This document shows positions 53,217 to 61,800 of a DNA stretch of 64,000 nucleotides, piece after piece. Below the pieces are notes generated by a model, which worked only from the letters and a program-made list of their open reading frames with translations, made no database searches and had not been told where the DNA came from. Each line of letters starts with the position of its first letter. Position 1 is the stretch's first letter. The stretch covers positions 962,790 through 1,026,789 of the forward strand of contig JAXHLS010000006.1 in assembly GCA_034522055.1 (NCBI GenBank), given 5' to 3'. Position numbers and translations under genes: made by a program. The DNA comes from Gammaproteobacteria bacterium. Lineage in GTDB: Bacteria > Pseudomonadota > Gammaproteobacteria > JAABTG01.

Positions 53217-54431
53217 GTGGGTGCCTACGAATACTCCGCCCTCGACCCCCGCGGGCGCACCCGCAAGGGCGTGATGGAGGGCCAGACGGCCCGCCAGGTG
53301 CGGGCCCGGCTGCGCGAGAGCGACCTCCATCCCCTGGATGTCGTCGAGGTGGAGCGCCACAGCACCCGCAAACCTCGCAGCGGCCTGATCCTGGGCGGCC
53401 TGGGGGCCAACGAACTCGCGCTCGTCACCCGCCAGCTCGCCACCCTCACCCGCGCCGCCCTGCCCCTGGAGGAATCCCTGCGGGTAGTGGCGGAACAATC
53501 GGAGAAGGCCCGCACCCGCAAGATCATGCTGGCGGTACGGGCTCAGGTGCTGGAGGGGCATACCCTGGCCAGCGGCCTCGACGAGTTCCCCGCCAGCTTC
53601 TCGGAGCTGTTCCGCGCCACGGTGGCGGCCGGCGAGCAGTCGGGACGCCTCGATATCGTTCTCGAACGCCTGGCGGACTACACCGAGCAGCGCCAGCAGA
53701 TGACCCAGAAGGTGCGCCTCGCCCTCTTCTATCCGGCCCTGCTGACCCTCATGGCGGTGCTGGTGACGGGCGGCCTGATGGGCTTCGTGGTGCCCGAGGT
53801 GGTGAAGGTGTTCGACACCATGGGCCAGCAGTTGCCGGCTCTCACGGTGGGGCTCATCGCCGTGAGCGACTTCCTGCGCGACTACGGCCTGGTACTGGTG
53901 GGGGCCGTGGCTCTGGCGGCCATCGCCCTGCGCTACCTGCTGCGCCTGCCCGGCCCGCGCTTCGCCTTCCACCGCCTGCTGCTGCGCCTGCCCCTGATCG
54001 CCAGGCTGGTGCGCGGCATCAATGCGGGGCGCTTCGCCCGCACCCTCAGCATCCTCACCGCCAGCGGCGTGGATGTATTGAGTGCCCTGCGCATCTCCGG
54101 CCAGGTGCTCACCAACCAGCCCATGCGGCGCACCGTGGAACAGGCATCCCGGCGGGTGCGCGAGGGCACCAGCCTCAGCGTGGCCCTCAAGGCAGGCAAC
54201 CTGTTCCCACCCATGATGGTCCAGCTCATCGCCAGCGGCGAGGCCACGGGGGAGCTGGAGGCCATGCTGGGGCGGGCCGCGGACCATCAGGACCGCGAAG
54301 TGGAGGGTCTCATCGCCACCTTCCTGGGGCTGTTCGAGCCCCTGCTGATCCTGGTGATGGGTGCGGTGGTGCTGGTGATCGTCCTGGCCATCCTGCTGCC
54401 CATCTTCGACCTGAACCAGCTGGTGAAATAG
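53217..54431 (+). CDS. gspF: Type II secretion inner-membrane platform protein
   Basis: Two GspF repeats (ELFRATVAAGEQSGRLD; MMVQLIASGEATGELEAML) and three TM segments. Confidence 0.85.
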   Translation: MGAYEYSALDPRGRTRKGVMEGQTARQVRARLRESDLHPLDVVEVERHSTRKPRSGLILGGLGANELALVTRQLATLTRAALPLEESLRVVAEQSEKARTRKIMLAVRAQVLEGHTLASGLDEFPASFSELFRATVAAGEQSGRLDIVLERLADYTEQRQQMTQKVRLALFYPALLTLMAVLVTGGLMGFVVPEVVKVFDTMGQQLPALTVGLIAVSDFLRDYGLVLVGAVALAAIALRYLLRLPGPRFAFHRLLLRLPLIARLVRGINAGRFARTLSILTASGVDVLSALRISGQVLTNQPMRRTVEQASRRVREGTSLSVALKAGNLFPPMMVQLIASGEATGELEAMLGRAADHQDREVEGLIATFLGLFEPLLILVMGAVVLVIVLAILLPIFDLNQLVK

Positions 54432-54446
54432 CCCGGCATTCGGGAA

Positions 54447-54507
54447 GAGCGAAAAGCGTAACCGCGAAAGACTCGAAATTACGCGAAATGGGACAAGGTC
54501 GGGGGCG
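54447..54507. repeat. Partial copy of repeat A terminus
   Basis: GAGCGAAAAGCGTAACCGCGAAAGACTCGAAATTACGCGAAATGGGACAAGGTCGGGGG. Confidence 0.55.
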
Positions 54508-54513
54508 GTTACA

Positions 54514-54573
54514 GTGAAAACGGTGTCAGGAACCGTTTCCACGCTCGGAAACGGTTCCTGACACCGTTTTCAC
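54514..54573. terminator. Perfect 26-27-bp hairpin downstream of gspF
   Basis: GTGAAAACGGTGTCAGGAACCGTTTCC-ACGCTCG-GAAACGGTTCCTGACACCGTTTTCAC. There is no downstream U-tract. It sits between convergent genes. Confidence 0.45.
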
Positions 54574-54683
54574 GCTACAGGGGGCATTCCCGGACGCCGA
54601 TAGGGAGCGCGCTTGCGCGCGAACCCGGGGCCCGGCACAGGCCACGGTGGGTCGTTCGCGCCCAAGGGCGCTCCTGCAGGGGA

Positions 54684-57074
54684 TTATTCCCCGGCGCCGG
54701 CCAGATCTGCCAGGGTCTGCTCGGCCAGGGCCTTTTCGCGGAACTGTACCTCCTGGGCCAGGGCCTTCTCCAGATGCTGCCGGGCGCCGGCCTGGTCGCC
54801 GGTCTCCAGCAACGCCATGGCGAGGTGAAAGTTCATCTCCGCCGAATCGGGGGCCTTGTCCACCGCCGCGCGTAGATGCTCCAGGGCGGCTTCGTGGTCC
54901 CCCTGCTTGTGGCGCACCCAGCCCAGGGTGTCCAGATAGGCCGCCTCGCTGGCCCCCTCCAGCACCGACACCAGCTCGCCGGCCCGCGCCAGGCCTTCGT
55001 CATCCGCCTGGTAGGTCACCAGCAGCATGGCCAGATTGTTGGCCGCGGCCCTGGAATCCGGGCTGTTTTCGACGGCCCTCTCGTAGACCGCGATGGCCTC
55101 GTCGGTGCGCCCCATCCCCTCGTAGAGACCTGCCAACCCCACCTGCAGCAACGCCGAGTCCGTGCCCTCGATGCCTGCCTTGAAGGCCTCCACCGCGCCC
55201 TCCCGATCCCCCTGGGCGAAACGCGCCAAGGCCAGGTTGCGGTGGGCGGACACCATGTCCGGCTTGCGCTCCAGGGCGCCGGCGAAGGCCTCCGCCGCGG
55301 CGCCATATTGCTGCTGCAGCAACAGCACCTCGCCCTTCAGATTACGGGGCGTGGCATTGTCGGGGTCCTCATCGATGGCGGTGTCGAGGCGTGCCAGAGC
55401 CTCGTCGTATTGCTGCTGCACGATGTAGGCCTTGATCACCGCCGCCAGGGGCTGGGAGGCAGTGGGCCCGCGCTCCAGGGACGCCTCGAAGGAGGCGATG
55501 CCCGCGTCCATGTCGCCCTGGGCCTGTTGGATCAGGCCCAGGAAGTAGTGGCCCTGGGGGCGGTCCGGATAGGCCTGAAGATAGCGATCCGCATACTGGC
55601 GGGCCCGGTCCAGCTCGTTGCGGGACATGTGGAGCTTGACCAGGCCCTCCAGGGCCCGGGCATCGGTGGGCGCGGTAGCCAACACCTTCTCCAGCTGCTC
55701 CCGGGCACCGTCCACGTCGCCCTGGCGCAACAGGGTCTCGGCGTAGGAGAAGCGCGTCTGCACGTCGTCAGGCGCGGCGGCCACCGCCTTGGCCATGGCC
55801 TCCTCCGCCAGGTCGTCTTCGCCGTTCATGCGATGGGCGGAGGCCAGGGCCCGCAACACCTTGGCGTTGTCAGGCGCGCTACGCAGCACCGCGCGATAGT
55901 CGGCGATGGCCGATGATGCGTCACCCTGGAGCATGGCCAGATCGCCCCGCAGGGCCAGGGCGTCCGCGTCCTTGGGATTCTCCTCTAGCACCTCCTCCGC
56001 CAGGCGGGCCGCCTGCTCCAGGTCCTTTTCACCCAGGGCCAGGCGCGCCAGTTGGTTGCGGGCCTTGAGACCGGACACCCCCAGGCCGTCGGCCGCGATG
56101 ATCTTGCGATAGGCGGCCTTGGCGTCGTCATGGCGATCGACGCGGGTGTAGAGCTGGCCCAGGGTGAGCCGCAGCTCATGGTTGTCCGGGGACGCCGCCA
56201 CGAAGTCCTCCATCACGCCGATACCCGCCGGCGTCCCTTCCGTCTTGGCCACCAGTTCCACCACGGCCAGCTTGGGTGTCATTTCGTCGGGATGCTCCGC
56301 CACCGCCCGATCCAGGATTTCCCGGGCCTTGGCGGTGTCGCCGGTCGTGGCGAAGAAGGACGCCAGCCTCACCTTGGCTCCCAGATCCTCCGGCTGCAGG
56401 GCCACCATCTCCTCCAGTACCCGGCCGGCCTCTTCCACGCGACCGCTATTGGCGTAGACATTGGCCAGGGTGAGGCGCAGGGCGGTGTTTTCGGGATGGG
56501 CCCCGATGCCCCGCTGCAGCAGGGCCTCGGCCTCGCCGGCAGCGCCGTCCCGCAGATGCAGGGAGGCCATGAGGGAGATGGCCTGGGCATGGTTCGGATC
56601 CGTGGCCAGGGCGGCCTCCGTGCTCTGCCGGGCCCCCGCCATGTCCCCTTCCTTGGCCAGCACGCCTGCCTTGATCACATGGGCATCGGCATTGGCCGGG
56701 TCGCCGGCCAGCACCTCTTCCACCAGTTCCAAGGCCTGGTCCGGCGCGTTGCCCACCAAATAGAGCTTGGCCAGGGCGTTACGCGCCTCCAGGTGCGCCG
56801 GGTCCTGCTCCACCACGGCCTTGTAATGCCCCACCGCGCCCCGCCACTGCTGCAGCTTCTCCAGGGTCTGGGCCAGTCCGAAGCGTCCCTCGATGTCTTT
56901 CGGGTCGATCTGCAGGACGTTCTTGAATTCGAGACGCGCCTTCTCGTAGTTCTCCGCCGCGAACAGGGTGCGCCCCTTCTCCAGATACTCCGCCTTGCGG
57001 TCCTCGGAACCGCCGCAGGCCGCCAGGGTTACCGCCATGGCCAGGGTGGCTATCAACTTCGTTGCGTATTTCAT
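54684..57074 (-). CDS. TPR-repeat lipoprotein (PrsT-like, PEP-CTERM-system-associated family)
   Basis: Lipobox LAAC after MKYATKLIATLAMAVT, then ~20 TPR units over 796 aa. Confidence 0.7.
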   Translation of the reverse strand: MKYATKLIATLAMAVTLAACGGSEDRKAEYLEKGRTLFAAENYEKARLEFKNVLQIDPKDIEGRFGLAQTLEKLQQWRGAVGHYKAVVEQDPAHLEARNALAKLYLVGNAPDQALELVEEVLAGDPANADAHVIKAGVLAKEGDMAGARQSTEAALATDPNHAQAISLMASLHLRDGAAGEAEALLQRGIGAHPENTALRLTLANVYANSGRVEEAGRVLEEMVALQPEDLGAKVRLASFFATTGDTAKAREILDRAVAEHPDEMTPKLAVVELVAKTEGTPAGIGVMEDFVAASPDNHELRLTLGQLYTRVDRHDDAKAAYRKIIAADGLGVSGLKARNQLARLALGEKDLEQAARLAEEVLEENPKDADALALRGDLAMLQGDASSAIADYRAVLRSAPDNAKVLRALASAHRMNGEDDLAEEAMAKAVAAAPDDVQTRFSYAETLLRQGDVDGAREQLEKVLATAPTDARALEGLVKLHMSRNELDRARQYADRYLQAYPDRPQGHYFLGLIQQAQGDMDAGIASFEASLERGPTASQPLAAVIKAYIVQQQYDEALARLDTAIDEDPDNATPRNLKGEVLLLQQQYGAAAEAFAGALERKPDMVSAHRNLALARFAQGDREGAVEAFKAGIEGTDSALLQVGLAGLYEGMGRTDEAIAVYERAVENSPDSRAAANNLAMLLVTYQADDEGLARAGELVSVLEGASEAAYLDTLGWVRHKQGDHEAALEHLRAAVDKAPDSAEMNFHLAMALLETGDQAGARQHLEKALAQEVQFREKALAEQTLADLAGAGE

Positions 57075-57200
57075 TGAAATTCCGGTCGTTATCCAGGGTT
57101 GAACGTGCGGGGATTATAACCCCTTTGGGCCGGCGGGCACGGCCATGCTGGCGACCATCTCGCGGGCCGCATCACAACCCGCCACCAGGCTTCCGTTCCC

Positions 57201-57326
57201 GTGGCACGGATGTCGGGAGTCATCCCGACATTCAACCCGGCCGCACACACCATGAGTCGGGCAGGAAATCCCGCCGGCGGGCTGTCGGGCTGTCGGGCTG
57301 AAGCCCGACCTACAGCCGACCTACAG
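57201..57326. repeat. REP cluster (GTCGGGAGTCATCCCGAC, GTCGGGCTGAAGCCCGACCTACAG, CCGACCTACAG)
   Basis: Same family as the other REP clusters. The last unit is the insertion target of the TniAB element. Confidence 0.8.
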
Positions 57327-57507
57327 TGTTGTATCTCAAATTATTCCACCAGTAATTTCCCGGTTTATTCCGAGCGAGTAGGCTGCAGTTTTCTCGGTTT
57401 GAGCGCTCCGGTGGAAGAGCGCGGGCAGGATAGGATGAGAAGAAGCTGGAGGTCTGGCGAGATGGGCGCCGCTTGTGGCGGCGGTTGCGGTTGGGAAAGA
57501 CTGGGAT

Positions 57508-57693
57508 TCAGTCCCAGAGGTCGGGCTGTCTGGGATTGGTGTTCTGGTAGTAGCGCGTGATCTCGGCGAAGTAGCGGTTTTCGAGGGTCTGGGCGATGGC
57601 GTAGAGGAGGTCAACCATCTGAGCGGCGGCCTCGTCGGAGAGGTGGTCGGGCAGGGTCTGATCGTCGTCGTTCATGGTGGTGTGGTGTCTCAC
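57508..57693 (-). CDS. Small element-borne hypothetical protein (61 aa)
   Basis: Overlaps the tniB-like stop (ATGA) at the distal end of the element. No family assignment. Confidence 0.35.
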   Translation of the reverse strand: MRHHTTMNDDDQTLPDHLSDEAAAQMVDLLYAIAQTLENRYFAEITRYYQNTNPRQPDLWD

Positions 57694-58490
57694 GGTTGCA
57701 GCTCGTCGAGCGCTGTCTGGAGGTGGGTCTCGGTGACGTGGTGTTGGTTGTCCAGCGCGGCGGCAGTGAGGGCGTAGTGGGCGATGCGGTTGACCTTGCG
57801 CGGAAGCCCGCGCGAGGCCTGGAACAGGGCCTCGGTTGCGGGTGGGGTGAAGATGGGGGCCTCGGCGCCGGCGAGGCGCAGGCGGTGAATGAGATAGTCA
57901 TCGAGTTCGTCGCGCGAGAGGCCGGGGAGGTGGTGGCGCACCACCAGTCGCTGGCTCAACGACTCGTGCACGGCCATGGCGAGGCGTCGGCGCAGCTCGG
58001 TGAGCCCGACCAGCAGCAGGCACAGGCGGTTGTCGGCATCCATGGCGTAGCTGGTCAAGAGGCGCAGATCCTCGAGCACGTCATTGCGTAGGTGCTGCGC
58101 CTCGTCGACGATCAACACGGGCAGCTGCTTGGCCTCCTGCACCAGGCGGGTGATCTCGACGCGGATGGCGCGGTAGGCGGTAGCGCGGGACCGCTCCGTG
58201 GGCAGGCCGAGTTCCCAGGCGATGGACTTGTACATATCGAGCACGTTGCCGGTGGACAGGGAGACGTAATAGACGCGGTACAGGCCGGGATGGAGTCCGG
58301 CGGTGACGTGCCGGCAGACGGTGGTTTTGCCGGAGCCGACCTCGCCGGTCAGCAGGCCGATGCCGCGCAGATCGATGAGGTGCGTGAGCCGGGCCTCGGC
58401 CTCGCGGCGGGCGGTGGAGGCATAGAGTTCATCGGCCTCGAGGGTATTCTCGAAGGGGAAGCGAGTGAACGCGAAGTGGCGCAGATACAT
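57690..58490 (-). CDS. TniB/ExeA-like AAA+ ATPase (transposition helper)
   Basis: Walker A (LLTGEVGSGKTT) and Walker B (VLIVDEAQHL). Its start overlaps the transposase stop. Confidence 0.75.
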   Translation of the reverse strand: MYLRHFAFTRFPFENTLEADELYASTARREAEARLTHLIDLRGIGLLTGEVGSGKTTVCRHVTAGLHPGLYRVYYVSLSTGNVLDMYKSIAWELGLPTERSRATAYRAIRVEITRLVQEAKQLPVLIVDEAQHLRNDVLEDLRLLTSYAMDADNRLCLLLVGLTELRRRLAMAVHESLSQRLVVRHHLPGLSRDELDDYLIHRLRLAGAEAPIFTPPATEALFQASRGLPRKVNRIAHYALTAAALDNQHHVTETHLQTALDELQP

Positions 58491-59836
58491 TAGTCGTTCT
58501 CCTCATTGTGCGGGTTGTCGAAGGCCCCGAGGGTGAGACGCGACGGGGGCGGTTCGGAGGCTGGGGTATCGGTGTCGAGGCGCCAGGAGGGCCGGTCGCG
58601 GCGCACGGTGGTGTTGGCATAGGCATCGAGCGGCGTGGCCTGTCCTGCCGGCTGGCCTTTATGGACCACGGTCAGGGGCCGGGTGGGCGGCACGGCGGGG
58701 TCGTACTGTAAGGTCACGGTCTCGCCGACGAGCACGGCGTCGACCTCATAGACGTGGCCGTTCAGGCTCACGGTGCGGTCGTTCATGACCCGGCGCTTGG
58801 TCTCGCAGAGGAACAGCGCATCGAGGCCGGGATCGGGGAAGCGGATCTGATCGCCGACCAGGGCCCACTGTTCGAGGGGCGTTTTGCCGTCGAGGCCGCG
58901 GTGCGGGGTGTGGTGATACTCGCCCTCGATGAAGGCCCACAGGCGTCGGTTGAGGGCCTCGAGGCTCACCGTATCCTCAGCGGTGAGCTGGGTGAGCAGC
59001 TGTGCTCGGACGGTGCGGAACCAGCGTTCGATTTTGCCCTTCCCCTGAGGTTGATGGGGTCGGGCGTGGATCAGCGCCGTGCCGAGCCTGGCGCAGACGA
59101 GGGCGAGTTGGCGGGAGCGGTAGTTGGCGCCGTTGTCGACGTAAAGGCGCTGGGGGATCCCGCGGCGGATGAGAGCCTGCTTGAACACCGGCAGGAAGGC
59201 GCCGGTGTTTTCGGCGAAGGCGAAGGCCGCATAGGGGATGACGCGGGTGGCGTCATCGATGAAGGCGATGAGATAGGTCTTTCTGCGCCGGCCCCGCCCA
59301 TCAGCGGCGGTGATGCCATGCATCACATCGCTCATCCACAGCTCGTCGGCGTACTGGAAGGCGAAGCGCCGCCGATCGGTGCCGATGGGTGCATCGGTCT
59401 TCTTGACCATGAGCCCTTCGCGGGTGAACAGACGGTGCACGGTGGAGGCGGGCAACGGCTGCTCGGCCGGGACCAGGCCCTGCTCGCGTGCGTGTTTGAT
59501 CACTGCGCGCACTGACAGCTTCGGATGCCCCTCTTTGATGGCGCACAGCGCTTCGGCCACGGAGTCGGGCAGTCGCCGGGGCTGCCCCCGATCGGCCCGT
59601 GGCTTGGGCAACAGCGCGTCGAAGCCGCCGCGCCGATAGTGCTTGAGCCAGTCGCGGATCGTCTCGGCGGCCACGCGGGAGCGACGGCTGCCGGGGATCA
59701 CATAGTCCTTGTCTGCCTTGGCGCGCAGCCGCTCGGTGATGCCGGCACTGCCCGGGGGCCAGTGTACGAGGTCGGCGATCAGGCCGTAGCGGAACAGGGC
59801 CACCGCCTGGCGGTGGTCATCATCAGGATCAGTCAT
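58490..59836 (-). CDS. Mu-type DDE transposase (retroviral-integrase catalytic core + Mu-transposase C-terminal domain; TniA/TnsB-like)
   Basis: N-terminal HTH, DDE residues (WMSDVMHG, LYVDNGANY, HQPQGKGKIERWFRT) and a C-terminal beta-barrel (DRTVSLNGHVYEVDAVLVGETVTLQYD). Confidence 0.8.
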   Translation of the reverse strand: MTDPDDDHRQAVALFRYGLIADLVHWPPGSAGITERLRAKADKDYVIPGSRRSRVAAETIRDWLKHYRRGGFDALLPKPRADRGQPRRLPDSVAEALCAIKEGHPKLSVRAVIKHAREQGLVPAEQPLPASTVHRLFTREGLMVKKTDAPIGTDRRRFAFQYADELWMSDVMHGITAADGRGRRRKTYLIAFIDDATRVIPYAAFAFAENTGAFLPVFKQALIRRGIPQRLYVDNGANYRSRQLALVCARLGTALIHARPHQPQGKGKIERWFRTVRAQLLTQLTAEDTVSLEALNRRLWAFIEGEYHHTPHRGLDGKTPLEQWALVGDQIRFPDPGLDALFLCETKRRVMNDRTVSLNGHVYEVDAVLVGETVTLQYDPAVPPTRPLTVVHKGQPAGQATPLDAYANTTVRRDRPSWRLDTDTPASEPPPSRLTLGAFDNPHNEEND

Positions 59837-59882
59837 CGGATCTTCTCTCGGTTATGAGCCCTTGGGCCCGGGAGAGGAGACG

Positions 59883-60392
59883 TTACGGCGGAGAACGCGG
59901 CGGATCAGGCCCCAGGGGTTGTTGGGTGGCCAAATTGGGATCACCGTGGGCGGTTGCCCGGGGACAAAACCCCACCGGCGTCGGCAGTTGAGGCAGCTGC
60001 CGGGCCGCCGAAGCACGCAGCGCCATCAGCACGGTCTCATGGCCGAGATGGCCACGAAGGTGAGTGACGGTCGCGAGGCAGCCGGCCAGTTGGTCAGGCA
60101 GAAGAGCGATGACGATGAGCAAGAAACGGTGCACCAAGACAATGCGCCGGCGTATCCAGCGCAGCGCCCCCGGCAGCTCGATATCCAGGCGCAAGGTGCT
60201 TGCCGCCGCTTCCATGCTCGGCGCCTGCTCGGCGACGGCCACCACGTGTTCCAGCTCGTTGAGCGTACCGGGCAGCCGTGCCGCCAGATGGTCCGGCAAC
60301 AGACTGAAGGTGGTGTGACTCTCAGGGCAGTACCAGCGGGCGATTCGTGTCCCCGCCGGCGTCTTGCGCTCGTAGGTGCCGTGGCGGGCCAA
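59883..60392 (-). CDS. Element-borne hypothetical protein (169 aa)
   Basis: First ORF of the four-gene unit, 47 nt upstream of the transposase gene. Contains YCPESHTTFSLLPDHLAARLPGTLNELEH. No family recognised. Confidence 0.4.
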   Translation of the reverse strand: MARHGTYERKTPAGTRIARWYCPESHTTFSLLPDHLAARLPGTLNELEHVVAVAEQAPSMEAAASTLRLDIELPGALRWIRRRIVLVHRFLLIVIALLPDQLAGCLATVTHLRGHLGHETVLMALRASAARQLPQLPTPVGFCPRATAHGDPNLATQQPLGPDPPRSPP

Positions 60393-60732
60393 CGAGCAAC
60401 CACCACGAGGATGGTTTGGGCAGCGAGAGAACTTGCCTCCCGCCAGGCTTGGCGGTTAACGTAATCCTCGCTGGTGTGCCCCGTTTGGAATCGAAGCTGC
60501 ACCGGCCACGGCCCGGCGGCTGTCACCGCGCGGGCCTTTTCCTTTCTTCTCACTTATCGGTAAGTAGAGATTACCGGCTCTGCCCCGATCAGCGAAAGCC
60601 TCAACATCCACCGGCGACACCCCTGCCCGACGACTTCCCGGAATACTCTCTCTGACCAGAGGCTTCACCAGCGGGACAAACCGAGAAGATCCGACTGGTA
60701 TCCAACGCTTTAATCTGCGAAACAACATACAG

Positions 60733-61033
60733 TCTGTAGGTCGGTTGCTCTCGGCAACCGACATCCGCGCCCGCAAAGCGCCGAGTTTCCGTCGGCTGCC
60801 AAGAGCAGCCGACCTACGCCTTTGTCCTTCTCCCCAGGGGAAATGGGAAAGGGGAAACGGGAAATGGGAAAAGATTACCATCCGTGCGTCCGCTCTGCTG
60901 ACGCCGAAACGGTGGATTCGCTGCGCCTTTTCAAACGGCCACTCCTCCCTGACCTTCTCCCTTTTCGCGTCATTTCGCGTCTTTCGCGGTTACGCTTTTA
61001 GCCTGTAGGTCGGGATTCATCCCGACATTCAAC
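60733..61033. repeat. Copy 3 of dispersed repeat A (MITE-like), with (GGGAAA(T/C))~4
   Basis: Bounded by the REP units CTGTAGGTCGGTTGCTCTCGGCAACCGACAT and CTGTAGGTCGGGATTCATCCCGACAT. Immediately adjacent to the TniAB element's TSD. Confidence 0.8.
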
Positions 61034-61106
61034 CCCCGCGCTTCAACAGGATGTTGGCTTTCATTATGATTGCTTCCATCCGACTACGATCACGCGGGAC
61101 GGGGTA

Positions 61107-61460
61107 ATGGACGAGAATGAACCGGGGCAACCCTATGGCCCGGCCGCGGCCGCGGCGGCTCCTCCGCCCGACGCCGCAACCCTGCGTGCCAGGCTCAACC
61201 TGGAGACGGCCGTCATCGCCTGGGAGGAGCTGGCCCGCCACTTCGCGCGGGGCGCCGTCCTCACCGTGGATCGCGAGCTGGACCTCATCGAGGCAGCAGC
61301 CGCCGTCGCCGAGGACGACCGCCAACGAGTGGGGGCCTGGCTGGAGGAGAACAGGCTGCACCCCACCACCATCGCCGAGGCCCGGGAGTGGACCGAAGGC
61401 AGGGCCGACGTATGGTCCGTGGTGGTAGCTCCCTGGGTGCTGGTGCAGGCTATTGCCTGA
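61107..61460 (+). CDS. DUF2288-like small protein
   Basis: 117 aa (LNLETAVIAWEELARHFARGAVLTVDRELDLIEAA...ADVWSVVVAPWVLVQ). Confidence 0.5.
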   Translation: MDENEPGQPYGPAAAAAAPPPDAATLRARLNLETAVIAWEELARHFARGAVLTVDRELDLIEAAAAVAEDDRQRVGAWLEENRLHPTTIAEAREWTEGRADVWSVVVAPWVLVQAIA

Positions 61461-61479
61461 TCACCATCGGGGCCGGGGG

Positions 61480-61800
61480 CTGCCGATCCCATGTCGGTAG
61501 TTTTTACACTTGCGCTTGAGTCCGACTCAGAAATACCCCGTAACGCATTGTTATGAATAGACGTTAGTAATTAGCACGATTATTGCATTAAGTCCCCGAG
61601 GTCGGATAGATTGAGCCGATTCGTGTGGCCGGCTCAATATCCGTTTCATCCCTCCTAAGGATCCGTCGTAAAGGAAAGCGCGTGCCGCCCATCGATTCAA
61701 AGTGCTCCAACGAATCCATGGGAATGGCTCCAATCGCATGGGTCGCCGTGTGCTCGCGAGTCTCCGGGGGCGGGCATCGTTTACGGCGGAGAGCCGCCAC
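61480..61800. promoter_or_regulatory. AT-rich (~45% GC) intergenic region with an imperfect palindrome CGGATAGATTGAGCCG-N11-CGGCTCAATATCCG, upstream of the TPR gene
   Basis: The base-composition drop against the ~65% GC background can be seen directly in the sequence. The palindrome is at 61601..61645. Confidence 0.35.

Larger units (their letters stand above)
57327..60727 (-). mobile_element. Compact Mu/Tn7-type transposable element (TniA/TniB-like), 3401 bp, 5-bp TSD TACAG, imperfect ~21-bp TGT terminal inverted repeats
   Basis: Ends TGTTGTATCTCAAATTA (57327) and its reverse complement TGTTGTTTCGCAGATTA (60711..60727). Direct repeat TACAG at 57322..57326 and 60728..60732. Subterminal TTCTCGGTTTG at both ends. 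It carries four co-directional ORFs. Confidence 0.7.

Noticed and set aside
59862-60553. Plus-strand ORF 59862..60464 and minus ORF 60026..60553 inside the TniAB element
   Set aside because: Their translations are low-complexity (Arg/Gln/Pro-rich). The minus-strand ORF 59883..60392, which has an unusual but compositionally protein-like sequence and operon context, was kept instead.
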